Source: a virus (Duplodnaviria > Heunggongvirae > Uroviricota > Caudoviricetes). From it: a stretch of DNA of 64,000 nucleotides. The position numbers were made by a program, and so were the translations under genes. Positions 38,633 to 47,133 of the stretch are shown in pieces. Numbering within the stretch: the first letter of the stretch is position 1; each line of letters begins with the position of its first letter. The stretch lies in IMG/VR virus record IMGVR_UViG_3300028549_001428; one strand, given 5' to 3'. The notes beneath the pieces were generated by a model. The model saw only the letters and a program-made list of their open reading frames with translations. It ran no database searches and was not told the origin of the DNA.

Positions 38633-39124
38633 ATGCGCAAAGGTCTTACAATTTTCACTCTTATGGGTATATGCTATATTTTTATAGAAATAGCATTCAG
38701 CTCAATCGTTTCATTAAAACCAGCCTTGATCGGACAGAGTTCATTATGGATGTTCCTGGTTGGTGGATTACTTGGATTGACTCTAGGTAAAATGAACGAA
38801 ATAAAAACAACCAGAAATCTAATGTATCCATTCAATATATTGGCTGGTGCTGCTATGATAACATTAAATGAATTAATTTCTGGTGTTATATTGAATATCT
38901 GGCTTGGGTTTAATATATGGGATTATAGTTCGGCTACATATAATTTCCTTGGGCAAATTGATCTAGTTCATTCAATGTGCTGGATTGTGTTAACTCCATT
39001 TGTATTCTGGGTAGATGACGTTATGAAACATTATATGTTTGAAGAACCAAAACCAGAAGCTCTGTATAAATATTACATAAAAAACGAAAATCGTAAAAAT
39101 AATTTGTCTTATTTGGTAAAATGA
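38633..39124 (+). CDS. ABC_trans_CmpB-like membrane protein (putative type IV ABC permease)
   Basis: YIFIEI, SSLWMFLVGG, ELISGVILN, IWDYS..YNFLGQIDL. Confidence 0.8.
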   Translation: MRKGLTIFTLMGICYIFIEIAFSSIVSLKPALIGQSSLWMFLVGGLLGLTLGKMNEIKTTRNLMYPFNILAGAAMITLNELISGVILNIWLGFNIWDYSSATYNFLGQIDLVHSMCWIVLTPFVFWVDDVMKHYMFEEPKPEALYKYYIKNENRKNNLSYLVK

Positions 39125-39138
39125 TATATATTAGTATT

Positions 39139-39244
39139 ATCGGTGGGAAGTTGTTTTACGTTGATTCCTCCTTTTGACCCACCGATTTTTACTAACCTCG
39201 TACTAAAAACCCCTGATGATTGCTCTCATCAGGGGTTTCTTTTT
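39139..39244 (+). ncRNA. candidate small RNA with an anti-Shine-Dalgarno loop
   Basis: Promoter TTGTCT(39104)-17-TATATT(39127); stem ATCGGTGGG/CCCACCGAT enclosing TTCCTCCTTTT; terminator AAACCCCTGATGA/TCATCAGGGGTTT. Confidence 0.55.
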
Positions 39245-39821
39245 ATCTAGATTCGTGTATGTTTCGTGGTGATGGTAATAAGTCTGCTACTTCTTTACTA
39301 GACATTGTTTTGTTGCGCACAGCATCATCATAAAAAGTAGTTGGTAATTCCATTACTTTATCTGGATTTTCATGTAGATAGTTACGCAACGACAACATGG
39401 CATAACGGTTGTGAGTAATCCACTTCAAAAACTGTGACCCATCTGATTTGCTTAATTTAATTGATACATTATCTCGTGGTGATATTACGGCTCTACCTAA
39501 TGAAATATCTCTTATGTATCTCATTGGTTCATGGATTATGCCATCGGCTCGTTGCATACCAGTTTGTTCAATATACAAATCAAAGGCATCGAATTCATCT
39601 ATGTTATTCACATGAATCTGTTTACGCTTTTTCTTTTTTAACCTTAATAAATCATCTAAGGTAAAATTGTTATGGAATTGCTTTACCATAACATCGTTAG
39701 GAGCATCTATATGAGGTTCTTCGAATAAAACATTAATAGATTCTAGTAAGGTATTTACTAGTTCGGAATCAGTAGATTCAAATGTATTTATAAAGTTAAT
39801 TAGATTCTGTTTCATTAACAT
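39243..39821 (-). CDS. late protein, shared N-terminal leader family
   Basis: TATAAACTAT at 39829-39820; LINFINTF..ELVNTLLESINVLFE. Confidence 0.75.
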   Translation of the reverse strand: MLMKQNLINFINTFESTDSELVNTLLESINVLFEEPHIDAPNDVMVKQFHNNFTLDDLLRLKKKKRKQIHVNNIDEFDAFDLYIEQTGMQRADGIIHEPMRYIRDISLGRAVISPRDNVSIKLSKSDGSQFLKWITHNRYAMLSLRNYLHENPDKVMELPTTFYDDAVRNKTMSSKEVADLLPSPRNIHESR

Positions 39822-40138
39822 AGTTTATAAATATCTTCATTATAAAGATATATATTACCATGCCATCCTAACAATTCCGCTGATATGTTACTTAATTTTA
39901 TTTTTAATACTTCATCTGTTATTTGAATTAATATACCTGAAATTACATCAACAGGTAAATTTCTTTGTTCTACACAACTTCTAGTTAGAAATACTGCTAT
40001 ACTTTTATTTGTATATGAGTTGTATCTATCATATAAATTACTTTCAGCAGTAAAATTAACTACCATATTATCAAACATGGCAGTTAATCCAATATCAATT
40101 ACATAGTGTTTAATTAATGTTTTTAACATCACAGGCAA
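39815..40138 (-). CDS. hypothetical protein (107 aa)
   Basis: N-terminus (IKHYVIDIGLTAMFDN) resembles that of 751-1032 (VNHWIMDIGLSKLFDN). Confidence 0.6.
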   Translation of the reverse strand: MPVMLKTLIKHYVIDIGLTAMFDNMVVNFTAESNLYDRYNSYTNKSIAVFLTRSCVEQRNLPVDVISGILIQITDEVLKIKLSNISAELLGWHGNIYLYNEDIYKLC

Positions 40139-40335
40139 TCAATATCTTCAACCGATATCTGTCTACTCTTTTGTTCATCGTCTATGTAAGCATTACATGT
40201 ATTTTCATATTCAGGAAATTCATACGCAATTCGTTTTAGTAAATCGTAATATGCCAATTCTAAAGTGTTGCCACTTGATAATTGTGCAATGATTACATCA
40301 ACTATAAGACTAGCTTCTTCTGTTTTTAATTGCAT
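40129..40335 (-). CDS. hypothetical protein (68 aa)
   Basis: ORF in operon. Confidence 0.65.
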   Translation of the reverse strand: MQLKTEEASLIVDVIIAQLSSGNTLELAYYDLLKRIAYEFPEYENTCNAYIDDEQKSRQISVEDIDCL

Positions 40336-40342
40336 AACAACC

Positions 40343-40993
40343 TCAATTATATTCGTAGTATTTATCTAGTGTTTGTTTTATATCATTTTCTAACTTTAAT
40401 TGTGGTCGTAGTTCCTTAACCAACACATTAAATTCTTTAGACATAGGTATTATAAAATGGGTACTGGGAATAACATGTGATAAATGTTTCAATCCAGAAA
40501 CCTCATACCCATAATGCAAGCGCATATAATATCGAATCATATTAATATTGGCTTGCCTTCTAATCATTTTCATGGTAGAATAAGCTGGGTAACAGTCATG
40601 CACCTTTAGGTATTGCAATCCTATTGTGGTGGCTCGATGTTCTTCTGTTAGCAAGGCACGAATCATTTTTTTCTTTTTACTTGATTCTACACGTTCACCC
40701 ATCATTAATTTATGGTAGATAGATTCATCCAAACTATTTAGATTGAGAGAGTCTTGATCCATGACATACTGGAACATATGCCCATATTCATGTGATAGAA
40801 TAAATAATTTATAAGAAAGAGATTTGCCTTTAGTATCTTCAATATGCATTATCTTGGACTCAGGATCAAACATATTACCCAAGCCTTTATTGGATATTAT
40901 AAGTTTAATGCCGTTAGTCTTACAATACTTTCGCACATGATTCACGATTAAATGTTTCTTAAATTCAATACTCATACAACCCTTATTATCCAA
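40343..40993 (-). CDS. zincin-like metallopeptidase (HExxH)
   Basis: FILSHEYGHMF and downstream EEHRA. Confidence 0.65.
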   Translation of the reverse strand: MDNKGCMSIEFKKHLIVNHVRKYCKTNGIKLIISNKGLGNMFDPESKIMHIEDTKGKSLSYKLFILSHEYGHMFQYVMDQDSLNLNSLDESIYHKLMMGERVESSKKKKMIRALLTEEHRATTIGLQYLKVHDCYPAYSTMKMIRRQANINMIRYYMRLHYGYEVSGLKHLSHVIPSTHFIIPMSKEFNVLVKELRPQLKLENDIKQTLDKYYEYN

Positions 40994-41177
40994 TCAAATC
41001 TGCTACTGTTCTCAATTCGGTTGCTGTTAATGTCAGCATTTTCGATCCTGACATTGCTTTCCATTTGCCATACGAGGGATTAGTATTTTCGATACCAAAG
41101 GTATTAAATATTTCACATTCGTTTAATTCTCTATACTCTAATATAGATGATATTTTTCTAAATTGTATTTGCTCCAT
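40986..41177 (-). CDS. hypothetical protein (63 aa)
   Basis: ORF. Confidence 0.55.
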   Translation of the reverse strand: MEQIQFRKISSILEYRELNECEIFNTFGIENTNPSYGKWKAMSGSKMLTLTATELRTVADLIG

Positions 41178-41261
41178 AATTCCCTCAAAAAGTATTGAAA
41201 TAATAAATGGAATTAGACTTTCGATCTAATTCCATTTTAAAATTTCAAGTGTTATTATACA

Positions 41262-41711
41262 TCAATCACCAAACCATTTATTGTTAAGATCATCCAGTTT
41301 TCGCTTGGTTGACATCTTTAATATAGCAATATTTAGGTTATTTTCGATATTATTTTTTTGAGGTAATACAATTCCATAGCTTTGAGCGTCCATAATATCA
41401 TCAATCACATGCACATCATCATATTGAGTTGATACATATCGTAGCACAGGCTCATCGAAAAATATTGCATCTACTTCATTATTGCGTAAAAGATCAATAG
41501 CACTATCTAATGTACCAGTACTAATTACCTTTGCTTTGCATGCAACGACAGTTTCCACACTGGTAGTTCCTGTAATCACCGCTACCTTTTTACCACGGAA
41601 ATCATTAAATGTATTGAATGCATATTTCTGCTTTTCAATCTGAACCGAGGCAGACAAATTTGAAATAGCCAATCCAAGTAGCAGAATGATATACTTACCG
41701 ATATTCTTCAT
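41262..41711 (-). CDS. truncated class-3 solute-binding domain (S2 half of a GluR0-like channel or amino-acid SBP) with N-terminal TM
   Basis: DFRGKKVAVITGTTS, NEVDAIFFDEPVLRY, QSYGIVLP, KWFG; only 149 aa. Confidence 0.75.
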   Translation of the reverse strand: MKNIGKYIILLLGLAISNLSASVQIEKQKYAFNTFNDFRGKKVAVITGTTSVETVVACKAKVISTGTLDSAIDLLRNNEVDAIFFDEPVLRYVSTQYDDVHVIDDIMDAQSYGIVLPQKNNIENNLNIAILKMSTKRKLDDLNNKWFGD

Positions 41712-41801
41712 GTTTATTTCCTTTTTTTTATTGTTTCAAGTTAATTCTTGATGTGGTTAATATAGAATTTTTTCAATAATCTGTCAATAAAAATTATAAA
41801 A

Positions 41802-41906
41802 TCAATTTTCGTTAGCCTCCAATTCTTGATTGATAGCATCGATAGCATCCATGACAATGCAAGCATCATCATCGTTTGGATTGGTAAACAAGATTTCGTT
41901 GTTCAT
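41802..41906 (-). CDS. 34-aa highly acidic peptide (not in ORF track)
   Basis: MNNEILFTNPNDDDACIVMDAIDAINQELEANEN; SD AAAAGGAGA; own promoter at 41927-41954. Confidence 0.65.
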   Translation of the reverse strand: MNNEILFTNPNDDDACIVMDAIDAINQELEANEN

Positions 41907-41991
41907 AATAATCTCCTTTTCTTAGTAATATAGAAAAAACCTATGGATTGTCAATGGAATATTATAAACTTCTATATATAATAGGATTAAT

Positions 41992-42309
41992 ATGAGAGTA
42001 TCACCAAACCACGGCTATTTTGACACTGTTTTCTATGTCGATGCATCCCAATCACAAATGGATTTGGTTGGTATTTTGGTTACTGTATCTTCTGGTGAAG
42101 TGCAAGTAGCTAATATTAACTACCCTAACAGAGTTATTTCTATAAGATTAACTGATACGGTGAATGGAACAAAAACTGTTTCTTTTACAGATGGTGTAAC
42201 CACTGAAACAGTTGATATAATACTGGAAACACCACATAATCCAGAAACTAGAGAAAATTACACTATACAGGATTCAAAAAGACCTAAATGGCCTTATAGA
42301 ACATACTAA
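41992..42309 (+). CDS. hypothetical beta-rich protein
   Basis: SD AGGA; divergent promoter region. Confidence 0.65.
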   Translation: MRVSPNHGYFDTVFYVDASQSQMDLVGILVTVSSGEVQVANINYPNRVISIRLTDTVNGTKTVSFTDGVTTETVDIILETPHNPETRENYTIQDSKRPKWPYRTY

Positions 42310-42677
42310 TTAGTTTTTGATATTTTTCTAGCAATATTTTCAGGTGATTTTTTGCGATAATATTCGTTGATTACATCATCGGTATCACTGAGCCATAAAA
42401 TTTGATCTAAACACTTTTTTACATATTCAACATCGGAAATTCCCATTTTTTCTGCTTGGGTTTTTATATATGATGCTATATATTCAGACAAAAACATAGT
42501 TCTAGAATCTTCACCATGATATAACTCATATGAATCAGATTTCTTTAATCCATGATCCATAACATATAATATGGATGCATACACAACACCATCAAATGGA
42601 ATTGATAATTTTTTTGCTGTTGATATTGCTGTGTTTACAATGGATGTTTTTGATATCTGAATCTTTACAACATTCAT
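42306..42677 (-). CDS. possible tandem RHH-like DNA-binding protein
   Basis: Two repeats of a beta strand plus AKKLSIP / AEKMGISDVEY. Confidence 0.4.
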   Translation of the reverse strand: MNVVKIQISKTSIVNTAISTAKKLSIPFDGVVYASILYVMDHGLKKSDSYELYHGEDSRTMFLSEYIASYIKTQAEKMGISDVEYVKKCLDQILWLSDTDDVINEYYRKKSPENIARKISKTN

Positions 42678-42841
42678 TTTTTAAATTCCCAATAATGATC
42701 ACATTTTACTGTAGCGGATACGCTATTATCTCTGGGAGATTGCGAAAAATACGATTGATAATTACTTGGTGTTGCGTTGTATCTGTAACATGTCATATTC
42801 AAAGGACATTGTTTATCTGTACACATTGTTATATCCGCCAT
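42674..42841 (-). CDS. small Cys-containing phage protein (not in ORF track)
   Basis: MADITMCTDKQCPLNMTCYRY. Confidence 0.7.
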   Translation of the reverse strand: MADITMCTDKQCPLNMTCYRYNATPSNYQSYFSQSPRDNSVSATVKCDHYWEFKK

Positions 42842-42962
42842 AATAATCCTTTATTCATCTGGAGGTGAATCATTGTCATCATTGTCATCTAATCGTTTAA
42901 TTTCTAACCACATTACACCAAAAAGACATATTCCTATACCTATTAACCAACTCATAATTACC

Positions 42963-43265
42963 TCAATATAAGTTTTCACTTATGAGTTGTTTTAACATTT
43001 CAGGAACTTGACCTGCTTTAAATGCAATTTCAGCTGCGATTTCTCTATTGACAAATAAATTACCAGTAGTTATAAATCCTTCAATAATTGGATATTTTGC
43101 ATCCAATGCTTCTCTTCTTAGATTTGGTTCAGTTTGTGAAATTGTTGCATAACAGTTACAATGTCTTCTACCACAAATAACAATGCCACTTTCAACATTT
43201 TTAGGTTGATGTGGATAAATTCGTGGATTAGCGGTCCAGATAGCAGCACATAAAATCTTTTCCAT
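42963..43265 (-). CDS. conserved phage hypothetical protein
   Basis: ILCAAIW..GRRHCNC..EGFIT..FVNREIA. Confidence 0.8.
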   Translation of the reverse strand: MEKILCAAIWTANPRIYPHQPKNVESGIVICGRRHCNCYATISQTEPNLRREALDAKYPIIEGFITTGNLFVNREIAAEIAFKAGQVPEMLKQLISENLY

Positions 43266-43429
43266 TAATCACTCCAATGTTTTATAATACCTAATATAAT
43301 CATAGTATTGGTGGCAATTGCTTGTAATATTATAACAAGTCTAATAAAAGCAATAGTACCCGCTTCCGAATCAGTTGTTCCTGTTTTTTCACCCAGTGCT
43401 TTCGCAACTAAACGCCAAATATTTCTCAT
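43265..43429 (-). CDS. small membrane protein of a T4-like-phage type (not in ORF track)
   Basis: IWRLVAKALGEKTG..IRLVII..IIKHW. Confidence 0.7.
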   Translation of the reverse strand: MRNIWRLVAKALGEKTGTTDSEAGTIAFIRLVIILQAIATNTMIILGIIKHWSD

Positions 43430-43468
43430 AATCAATATATTTATTTACACTCTGTTTATATAAATATA

Positions 43469-44089
43469 TCAAATTAATTTGGGTATTGGGATTTTAAATG
43501 CGATATCTTTATTAGAGTATGATATTGTTGAAATCATAAACGATTCAACCTCAGTAAAAATAATGTCCCTGTCACAACTACTTGTATTTATAATAGATAT
43601 TCTTGAATTATTATTTAATGGTTCAGAAATTCTTTCTATTACTGTATATCGGTCTGCACAAGCACTAATATTTGATAATATACTGGTTTGAATATTACGT
43701 ATATCACGAGTGTTTCCAAATCTATTTAATTGCATTCCTAGAATAAGTTTACCACATCTATTACGTATTTCATGAAAAATATCATTGTAAACACCATTCA
43801 TCAACATCCTAGCACAATCAATAATTATGGTATCGTATAGTTCTCTACCTCTAAGATATTCATGAATCATTACCATTGACTGTTTAGAAAATGGAACTTG
43901 ATAAATATCTACAGTTGGTGTGATATCTGAATAATGGGTATATGCATATATTCGTTTAGTTATCTCTTGTGCAGATATTTCAGGAGATATAAATAAAACT
44001 CGGGTTCCTTTAGCTGATTCATCACTAGCAAGTTTAATTAAATAACTTGTTGTTCCAGAACATACTTCACCACACACTAAATGCATCAT
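43469..44089 (-). CDS. degenerate DnaB/RecA-fold helicase domain
   Basis: GEVCSGTT (Walker A Lys lost), VLFISPEI, IIIDC, MQLNR. Confidence 0.65.
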   Translation of the reverse strand: MMHLVCGEVCSGTTSYLIKLASDESAKGTRVLFISPEISAQEITKRIYAYTHYSDITPTVDIYQVPFSKQSMVMIHEYLRGRELYDTIIIDCARMLMNGVYNDIFHEIRNRCGKLILGMQLNRFGNTRDIRNIQTSILSNISACADRYTVIERISEPLNNNSRISIINTSSCDRDIIFTEVESFMISTISYSNKDIAFKIPIPKLI

Positions 44090-44154
44090 ATTTAATTACC
44101 ATATAACAAAGTACCCACCTTTTCAGATGGATACTTCGCTTTCCCGATCAATTG

Positions 44155-44565
44155 TTACTTTGCAGTTTTCTTAAAATCTGCGTCAAAGTGCTTGCGATCA
44201 CCTTCGGTCAACTCTAGAGTTGATAGAAGTAGTGGACTTCCGAACAGGGCATCCATTGCCTTGTTAAAAGCAATCTTACGACCATTAACACGAGTGAACT
44301 CTTCATATGGATGATTCACTACAGAAGCACTTGCTACGATCTTGCATTCACCACGTGTATCCTTGTCACCAACTAGGATAACACAGGTAGACATACGCTG
44401 ATTGCGTTCAAGGATACGCACAGGTGCTTCATCGGTTGCCTTTCCATCAGATTCAAGAGCCTTTAGGCGTTCCTTTAGCTTGATGATTTCGTATTCACGC
44501 TTAGACACCGACTTCGAATACTTGAATTCGACGAGAAATGCCTTATTACCAATAATTGTTTTCAT
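44155..44565 (-). CDS. hypothetical protein (136 aa)
   Basis: Promoter at 44600-44628; C-terminal FTRVNGRKIAFNKA. Confidence 0.75.
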   Translation of the reverse strand: MKTIIGNKAFLVEFKYSKSVSKREYEIIKLKERLKALESDGKATDEAPVRILERNQRMSTCVILVGDKDTRGECKIVASASVVNHPYEEFTRVNGRKIAFNKAMDALFGSPLLLSTLELTEGDRKHFDADFKKTAK

Positions 44566-44632
44566 TTGTTGTCCTTCGTTTTGTTGTTTTTATATGTTCA
44601 ATATAGAAATTATTTGTTATACTGTCAACGTT

Positions 44633-44863
44633 CTATTCGGTAATTTTTGTTACATCCAATTTACATTTAATTACGTCAAGGAAATAATCTTTGTACACAT
44701 CTATATCAGGAAATACATCAAGCATTCGATACAGATACGGTTCAAATATATGGAATTCCTTGGCTATATCTTTCTTGGTATATAACTCAACATTATCCTT
44801 AATAAGAGGAATCGATTGACCAATTTGAAATACAAATAATTTATAAAAATCCTGAATAACCAA
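44633..44863 (-). CDS. hypothetical protein (76 aa)
   Basis: ORF. Confidence 0.5.
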   Translation of the reverse strand: MVIQDFYKLFVFQIGQSIPLIKDNVELYTKKDIAKEFHIFEPYLYRMLDVFPDIDVYKDYFLDVIKCKLDVTKITE

Positions 44864-44879
44864 CTTATCTTTACCAAGA

Positions 44880-45755
44880 TCAGTAATTATTTCCTATGAG
44901 AACGATGGAATCTTCATTGCCATATACTTCATCCAATCCAGTAACGATAACACAATCAAATTTACTGGACTTCAAACTAATCATACCCATTGTGTATGGA
45001 CATTTGTAGGTAATGAACCCACCTGTAATCAATGGCTTAAATCCTCGATGACATAGGATAATTTTATTATCGAGATTAATAGTCACACCACCAATGGTTT
45101 CCTTCATGTTCTCATATCTAGCATATAATGCATTAATTTTATTTTTTGCACGAGTTATGACAGAATCAAAACATTCACGAACTTGTTCAGGCGTAGCACC
45201 TGATGGAATTTCATCCTCTTCATACACTTCACATTCTTTACCATATACAACAGCAAATCTACTATCAACCAAATCTGAATCAACAGTAAGTCCAAATCCA
45301 ACAGATACACTATCTTTAGTGCCATGATTTATACTTAACTTGCCACGAGGTTCTTTATACTCAGGTGTAAACATGTATGCATATGCATACATCATATGTT
45401 CATTCATATGATCGATTTTATTATCAATAACAGCACCAAGAATATCTCGATTCACAACATACGTAATAAAACCAATTTCATTGGATTTATATAAATCACT
45501 GAATTCAAATCCATCATATCCACTACCATTACGCTCAATGCGAATATGATGTGGTCTGTGTATAATAGTGTATACAGTCACCCCATGCAACTTGACATTA
45601 TATGTAGGATGTGAAACCCCTACTGGTTCGGTATACGTCAATTCAAAATGAGGGTGGTTTGTTTTTATTGTATTAATTAATACATTGAGTGCATTAGTTA
45701 ATGTAGATTCTTTGAATGCCTTTAATGTGGCTTCTTTTAAAAAATATTGAAACAT
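44880..45755 (-). CDS. hypothetical protein (291 aa)
   Basis: Long ORF. Confidence 0.75.
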   Translation of the reverse strand: MFQYFLKEATLKAFKESTLTNALNVLINTIKTNHPHFELTYTEPVGVSHPTYNVKLHGVTVYTIIHRPHHIRIERNGSGYDGFEFSDLYKSNEIGFITYVVNRDILGAVIDNKIDHMNEHMMYAYAYMFTPEYKEPRGKLSINHGTKDSVSVGFGLTVDSDLVDSRFAVVYGKECEVYEEDEIPSGATPEQVRECFDSVITRAKNKINALYARYENMKETIGGVTINLDNKIILCHRGFKPLITGGFITYKCPYTMGMISLKSSKFDCVIVTGLDEVYGNEDSIVLIGNNY

Positions 45756-46045
45756 TATTTATCCTGTGGGTTAAATGATTTGTAAATGTGAGCATCTTCA
45801 TAATCCCATAGGGTTCCATCGGATCTAAATGATAATGAAAATAACGAAACGTCGATTGTGCCAATTACTGTTGGTTTACCGTCTATTTCTTGTAGTAATT
45901 TATCGGTATTCTCGCCAGCGTGTATGACAAACCCTTCATCCCCATCAGCCCAATTTACATCGCCAATATGAGATTTGATACCAACTGCATTGAGGGCATC
46001 GCAAAGTACTGTTACCCTTTCAGGTATTTTTGATAATTCTTTCAT
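45755..46045 (-). CDS. hypothetical protein (96 aa)
   Basis: ORF after a TATATT box. Confidence 0.7.
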   Translation of the reverse strand: MKELSKIPERVTVLCDALNAVGIKSHIGDVNWADGDEGFVIHAGENTDKLLQEIDGKPTVIGTIDVSLFSLSFRSDGTLWDYEDAHIYKSFNPQDK

Positions 46046-46092
46046 TCGTAATAATATAGAAAAAAACTTATATTCTGTAAAGAGGTATTTTT

Positions 46093-46599
46093 ATGAAGTT
46101 TTTTATTGACACTGAATTTATTGATGATGGAAAGAATATAGAATTGATTTCTATCGGAGTTGTTGCAGAAAATGGGTACACTTTTTATGCTGAATCTTCT
46201 GAATTTGATGAATCAAAAGCAGATGAATGGGTAAAATCTAATGTAATAAATAAGTTAAAAGGCAATCCAAAACCCCTGAAAGAAATTAGACATGATTTAA
46301 TATATTGGATTGATAAATGTCGTGGATACCAAGCACCTGAATTCTGGTGTTATTATGGTTCCTGGGATTGGCTATTATTTTGCAGAACTGTAAGTAGAGA
46401 TGGTAGATTACTTACTATGCCAAATCAATACCCAAACTTATTCTATGAATTGGTTCAATACGCAAACGATGCTGGATGTCCTCACTTAATTTCTATGATG
46501 AAGGCTGAAAACAACAATGTCCATAATGCGCTTGATGACGCAAGATGGACACATGAAGTATACAATGCTATTACTACATTTAAATATCTAAAGAAATAA
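46093..46599 (+). CDS. DEDDh 3'-5' exonuclease (Rv2179c-like)
   Basis: FFIDTEF, ELISIGVV, WDWLLF, HNALDDA. Confidence 0.88.
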   Translation: MKFFIDTEFIDDGKNIELISIGVVAENGYTFYAESSEFDESKADEWVKSNVINKLKGNPKPLKEIRHDLIYWIDKCRGYQAPEFWCYYGSWDWLLFCRTVSRDGRLLTMPNQYPNLFYELVQYANDAGCPHLISMMKAENNNVHNALDDARWTHEVYNAITTFKYLKK

Positions 46600-47133
46600 T
46601 TATTTCTTTGTTGGCATGTACATCAATGCTACACGATTTCCGTTGTAGCTTGGTGCTCCTTCCAGATGTCCATTCACAACTAATGCATTTATTTCAACCA
46701 ACATTTTTTCAATGTTTTCTTGCATGTGTGCTTGTTCTCTACCCTTGAATTGAACGACAATCTTTACACGATGTCCATCAAGCAAGAATTTATCACCTTC
46801 ACCAATCTTTCGCTTGAAATCTGCTTCGCCAGTAACAGGACGCAATTGAATTTCCTTCAATTCGCTTGCTTTGGCATTTGCCTTTGCTAATTTCTTCTGT
46901 TCTTTCATTTTCTGTTTCTGCTCATAAATGTATTTATTCAAATCACCTAAGAAACATACTGGTGGCTTTGCAGTTGCTGTCAATTCAATTAGATCTAACC
47001 CCTTTGATTGCGCTAGATCAAATGCTTTCTTACTTGACATAATACCAATCAATTCTCGATTAGCACCTAAAAGCCGAAGCTCTTGATGTCTAACAGAACG
47101 ATTAGCAACCACATTTATACCTTCACTATTCAT
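46600..47133 (-). CDS. infC: translation initiation factor IF-3
   Basis: AQSKGLDLIEL..AKPPVC..KYIYEQK; LKEIQLRP; GHRVKIVVQFKGRE. Confidence 0.93.
   Translation of the reverse strand: MNSEGINVVANRSVRHQELRLLGANRELIGIMSSKKAFDLAQSKGLDLIELTATAKPPVCFLGDLNKYIYEQKQKMKEQKKLAKANAKASELKEIQLRPVTGEADFKRKIGEGDKFLLDGHRVKIVVQFKGREQAHMQENIEKMLVEINALVVNGHLEGAPSYNGNRVALMYMPTKK

Noticed and set aside
39207-39238. CCCCTGA..TCAGGGG hairpin as a remnant IsrB end
   Set aside because: It shares only the outer 7 bp with the IsrB ends; its position between convergent genes and its T tract fit a terminator better.
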